Source: Gouania willdenowi | Taxonomy: Eukaryota | NCBI RefSeq assembly: GCF_900634775.1 | Contig: NC_041060.1 | Coordinates: 14,661,051-14,725,050 of the forward strand | Length of the DNA stretch: 64,000 nt | Reading direction: 5' to 3' | Shown here: positions 60,486 through 64,000 of the stretch, one piece after another | Layout: each line of letters starts with the position of its first letter | Position numbering within the stretch: the stretch's first letter is position 1 | The notes under the pieces: generated by a model | Databases searched by the model: none | Told to the model about the DNA's origin: nothing | What the model saw: only the letters and a program-made list of their open reading frames with translations | Translations under genes and position numbers: made by a program

Positions 60486-60551
60486 GAGAAGAATGCTACC
60501 ACTGACGATGAGTTATCAGATAATGACGAGAACCAGCCACCTCAAAAACAG
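60486..60551 (+). CDS. Repeat-gene exon EKNATTDDELSDNDENQPPQKQ
   Basis: ag/gt, 22 codons. Confidence 0.6.
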
Positions 60552-60573
60552 GTTTTTGCACTTGGTTTTGCTC

Positions 60574-60608
<35 letters not shown>

Positions 60609-60641
60609 GTAAAAACTTTTGTATTCTTTGCTCTCATTCAG

Positions 60642-60695
60642 AGCAAACTGGCCGGAGCAATGAGCAAGCTGAACCCATTTCGAACTGCACATAAA
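60642..60695 (+). CDS. Repeat-gene exon SKLAGAMSKLNPFRTAHK
   Basis: ag/gt, 18 codons, KLNPFR motif. Confidence 0.65.
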
Positions 60696-60999
60696 GTAAG
60701 TTAATTAGGTCCGTACATAAATACATTTGATTTAACTTTAAATGGCTTCTATAGTGAAAAATAAATGTTTGCCAGTGCTAACTTCCTGCCATAAAACTCA
60801 TATTTGCCAAATCACACACATGGCTTGCAGATTTTAACGAATGATGTGAATTAACAGCTGCAGCCTACATTCATTCACTCAAACAGGAAATTTCAGCTAA
60901 TCAACATAGCATACTGTACATGTTTTTAGATCGTGGGAAGAAGCCAGATTATCCAGGGATATAATGTAATTTGTTCCTTTAATGCATACAGACAAAATA

Positions 61000-61400
61000 C
61001 CTTAGTTATTAACCAGAACAAAGAGATCAAAGCACATTAGGCCAGTCTTAGTCTTTACACTGGCTCCCAGTCAGCCTCAGAATAGACTTTAAAGTTCTGC
61101 TGCTAGTTTATAAAGGTGTGAATGGGTTTGGTCCAGAATACATCAGTGAGATGTTAGTCAGGTATGAACCCAGCAGTTCTCTCAGATCTATGGACACGGG
61201 TCAGATAATGGAGCCCAGAGCTCACAGTAAACACGGTGTAGCTGCTTTTAGTTGTTATGCTGCCAAGAAGTGGAACAAACTGCCAGCAGAGCTGAAGTCA
61301 GCATCTAATGTGAACATTTTTAAATCAAAGTTGAAGGAACTCATGTTTTTTTTTTTCTTTTCTACTGCCTCTGAAAAAGAGGGAGGTTTTTAGTCATTTT
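61000..61400 (+). mobile_element. SINE-like dispersed repeat. A second copy lies inverted at 46040-46330.
   Basis: GGCTCCCAGTCAGCCTCAGAATAGACTTTAAAGTTCTGCTGCTAGTTTATAAAGGTGTGAATGGGTTTGGTCC... is reverse-complementary to 46060-46330. Both copies produce spurious ORFs (..NGFGPE.ISE.LVRYEP..). Confidence 0.75.
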
Positions 61401-61565
61401 ATTGTTGAATACAGACTGTTTAACATTTTTATTTATGGAAAAGCACATTGAAATGCCTTGTCTATGAAATGTGCTATACAAATAAATTTTTCGGGCCCTT
61501 TGTTGTTTTGTTGAATAGTAGCCACAACTTCTTCTGTAAAAACAACTTTTGTGCTTTATTTACAG

Positions 61566-61637
61566 CATGAGAAGCAGCAGAGTTCAGACGAGGAGGAAAC
61601 AGTTCCTTACAAGGAGAAACCATCCGGTCACAAACAG
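61566..61637 (+). CDS. Repeat-gene exon HEKQQSSDEEETVPYKEKPSGHKQ
   Basis: ag/gt, 24 codons. Confidence 0.6.
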
Positions 61638-62093
61638 GTGCTTTGGGGTTTGTCTGTTCTTTAGATTTTCTTTTTTTTTTTTTTTTTAGGTTTGGTGAAT
61701 TATTTTAGTTCAATGTGAAAGGAAATCACTTGATGTTTTCTGCTTTTTATTCATACAGTCACACCTTAGGACTGCTTAGACATCTATAGTACATATTTTA
61801 AATCAAGCATAATAATTATTGTAGAGATATAAATAAAATAAAGGTATAAAGTAATTGAGATGATTTTAATAAGGTCGTATAATAAATGTGTCACACGCAA
61901 AAGTCTTTGACACAAGTTTTTTGCAAGTGTATTTACAGTTACAAAGAATTGAAACGTATTGTGCCTTTTAACCATTTATATGAATATAGTCACCATCCTC
62001 ATAGTTACTATAAACATGTATCTTAACTTTAGCGTGGCATGTCTGCTCTCATGGAGTCAAAGTGTGAATCTGATGATGTTTGCTCCCTCATAG

Positions 62094-62147
62094 AACGCCA
62101 TGGTTGAAGCTATGGCCAAACTGAATCCATTTCGATCGGCACATAAA
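62094..62147 (+). CDS. Repeat-gene exon NAMVEAMAKLNPFRSAHK
   Basis: Second copy of the KLNPFR.AHK exon type. Confidence 0.65.
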
Positions 62148-62548
62148 GTAACTACGATACGGATAAACTTTCTGTGTGGAGGTGATGGGCTAGCTCTGAT
62201 AGCTTTACTCCAGACGACTTTACTTCAAATCTGTAAAAAGGCACCAGAACAAAGCCTGACTAACCCATTTCTACACTTTGTTGGGTTTATTACTTTTTTA
62301 AGCAGCCATTGATTTGAAATCATTCCAACATTTTTGAATATTTCCGCTGATGTGTTATTCTAACACATACTGTATGTACAGTAATTTAATATCAGCGGCA
62401 GATGTATTTATTTGAAATCAATGGCTTGATGTTTTACATGGCCCTAAAACTCTAACAAATAACATTTTCACACCTAAAAAATCAGTTGGGTTTTTTTTTT
62501 TTTTTTTTTAACTCAGTTCAAGGCTCGTTTCCCATTCTATTTGTGCAG

Positions 62549-62608
62549 AAAGATTCTGAAGCTGTAGAGACGCTCGCCGAGAAGGAAGTGAAAGAGAAAC
62601 CCAAACCG
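62549..62608 (+). CDS. Repeat-gene exon KDSEAVETLAEKEVKEKPKP
   Basis: ag/gt, 20 codons. Confidence 0.55.
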
Positions 62609-62823
62609 GTCAGTCTGTATTTTTGTATTTCTGCTCATTAAATAGCGACCACACACACACGCACACACACAGCTATTCTGTCCTGATTTAATAATGCACA
62701 CCTCCTTATCTTCCTTATAATGATCACATCTTCATCACTTTAATTATTCTCTGCTCACTGTTAATTTCACCGTCTGTTTACTGAGTGATTTTAATTGTGT
62801 GTTATGGCGCATTTGTTTGTCAG

Positions 62824-62901
62824 ATGAAAAGGAACATGATCCAGTCGGAAAACAAGGAGAGAAGTGAAACGCCACCAGTCCCACGCAGAACTACTTCAAA
62901 G
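62824..62901 (+). CDS. Repeat-gene exon MKRNMIQSENKERSETPPVPRRTTSK
   Basis: ag/gt, 26 codons. Confidence 0.55.
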
Positions 62902-62984
62902 GTCTGAATGCAGGCAGATACGGTTCCTGTTTGATGTTTCACAGCCCTTTTGTGTTCTAACTTTTCTGTTGTTGTTGTATTACA

Positions 62985-63044
62985 GGAGAATACAGGGATG
63001 GCCACTGAGGACAGAGTGAAACCAAGAAGAACCAAATATGAGAA
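62985..63044 (+). CDS. Repeat-gene exon ENTGMATEDRVKPRRTKYEK
   Basis: ag/gt, 20 codons. Confidence 0.55.
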
Positions 63045-63395
63045 GGTACAGCGAGTAATGCAGCTTTTATTCTGGCTTTTTGATTACACCGGTTTACTTA
63101 CAAGTGAAGTCTTTGATCTCTTAATCGGCCAAGTCTCACCTTTGAAGCTGAGAATCAAATTAATTTAACTTACTGATATTTATTTATTAAAAAGATTTTT
63201 TTCTGATTAATTGTCCATAGTAAGAGGCTGAGATATTGGGTGTCTAGCACTGGCTTTGATTGCTGGATTTCTTTCCATTCGTATCCGCTAAAACGCATCT
63301 TTTAAAAACATTACATTATTCAAATTATGTTTAGCTGCTTTTATCTTGCAAAATTACAAAATTGATGGTTAAGTCAGTCGTTTAATTTTTTGCAG

Positions 63396-63476
63396 AACAA
63401 GTCTGATGATGAAGGCATCGACGCAGGTGAATTGCCCCTGAGCGAGGAGCTCCAGAAAGATGCTGAAAACAAACCC
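63396..63476 (+). CDS. Repeat-gene exon NKSDDEGIDAGELPLSEELQKDAENKP
   Basis: ag/gt, 27 codons. The gene continues beyond the window. Confidence 0.55.
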
Positions 63477-64000
63477 GTAAGTGTGTCCGGCTTTCATTTT
63501 GGTCAAAGGATTCCGTTTTATGGCTAAAGTTCAGTACAAACAAGAAAGGAAGGAAGCTATTTAACCATGCCACATTACTAACATTCATGTCAGTGTTTCG
63601 GATAACCCATCTGAACATTAATACAGGAAAGAACAAAGTTTTTGTTGTCATTTTGGATATTTTCTAGTTATTTTGATGTATTTTTGTTTGTTTCTATTGT
63701 CATTTTGTGTGTTTTTAGAGTATATTGGTTTATTTTTGTTGTTGTTTGGTATATGTTTGTATTGTGTGTATTTTTAGCCGTTTTGTAAATGGTAAATGGT
63801 AAATGGACTTGATTTATATAGCGCTTTATCACCACACTGAAGCAGTCTCAAAGCGCTTTACAGATCAGCTCATTCACCCAAACACTCTCACATCCACACA
63901 CCAATGGGGCAAGACTGCCATGCAAGGCGCTAGTCGACTACTGGGAGCAACTTAGGGTTCAGTGTCTTGCCCAAGGACACTTCGACACATAGTCAGGTAC

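Larger units (their letters stand above)
51553..63476 (+). other. Gene span of an uncharacterised gene made of tandem short phase-0 exons. It encodes a low-complexity repeat protein and continues beyond the window.
   Basis: At least 30 exons of 16-27 codons, each bounded by ag/gt and all in phase 0. The encoded motifs recur: GGMFSG(I/M)FKK.SKP...QSQ, EDLSA....SGSKENLS.N.N.K, and KLNPFR.AHK. Confidence 0.7.

Overview
This window is vertebrate (teleost-type) nuclear DNA, not prokaryotic. It is AT-rich and split into many exons and introns with GT..AG boundaries. It carries abundant microsatellites, tRNA-derived SINEs and MITE-like repeats. Three protein-coding loci can be supported. (1) A near-complete ortholog of TEP1 (telomerase/vault-associated protein 1) lies on the + strand at about 16535-48876. 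I recovered 54 phase-consistent exons covering the acidic N-terminus, TROVE, VWA-like, NACHT P-loop (GGSGHGKT) and WD40 repeat regions, ending ...VYVLNWRE*. (2) A ZNRF1/2-family RING-H2 E3 ligase gene lies on the - strand, head-to-head with TEP1. I found its first coding exon (MGTRAS..., 13763-14279) and a RING exon (8663-8768); the remaining exons were not found. (3) Downstream of TEP1, on the + strand from 51553 to beyond 63476, is an unusual gene built from at least 30 short phase-0 exons. These encode a low-complexity repeat protein with alternating GGMFSGMFKK and EDLSA..SGSKENLS motifs, and one exon-pair plus its introns has been tandemly duplicated recently. At the 5' edge of the window (about 580-1160) is a compact promoter module containing octamer, YY1-like, CRE and TTTATAAA elements, next to a GC-rich, hairpin-rich segment of about 225 nt that ends in a T-run. 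I interpret this as a candidate Pol III type-3 ncRNA gene of the RNase P/MRP class at low-to-moderate confidence; it is the most speculative and most interesting item. Several interspersed repeat families and long inverted repeats sit in introns and intergenic DNA. All coordinates were counted by hand and may be off by 1-3 nt.
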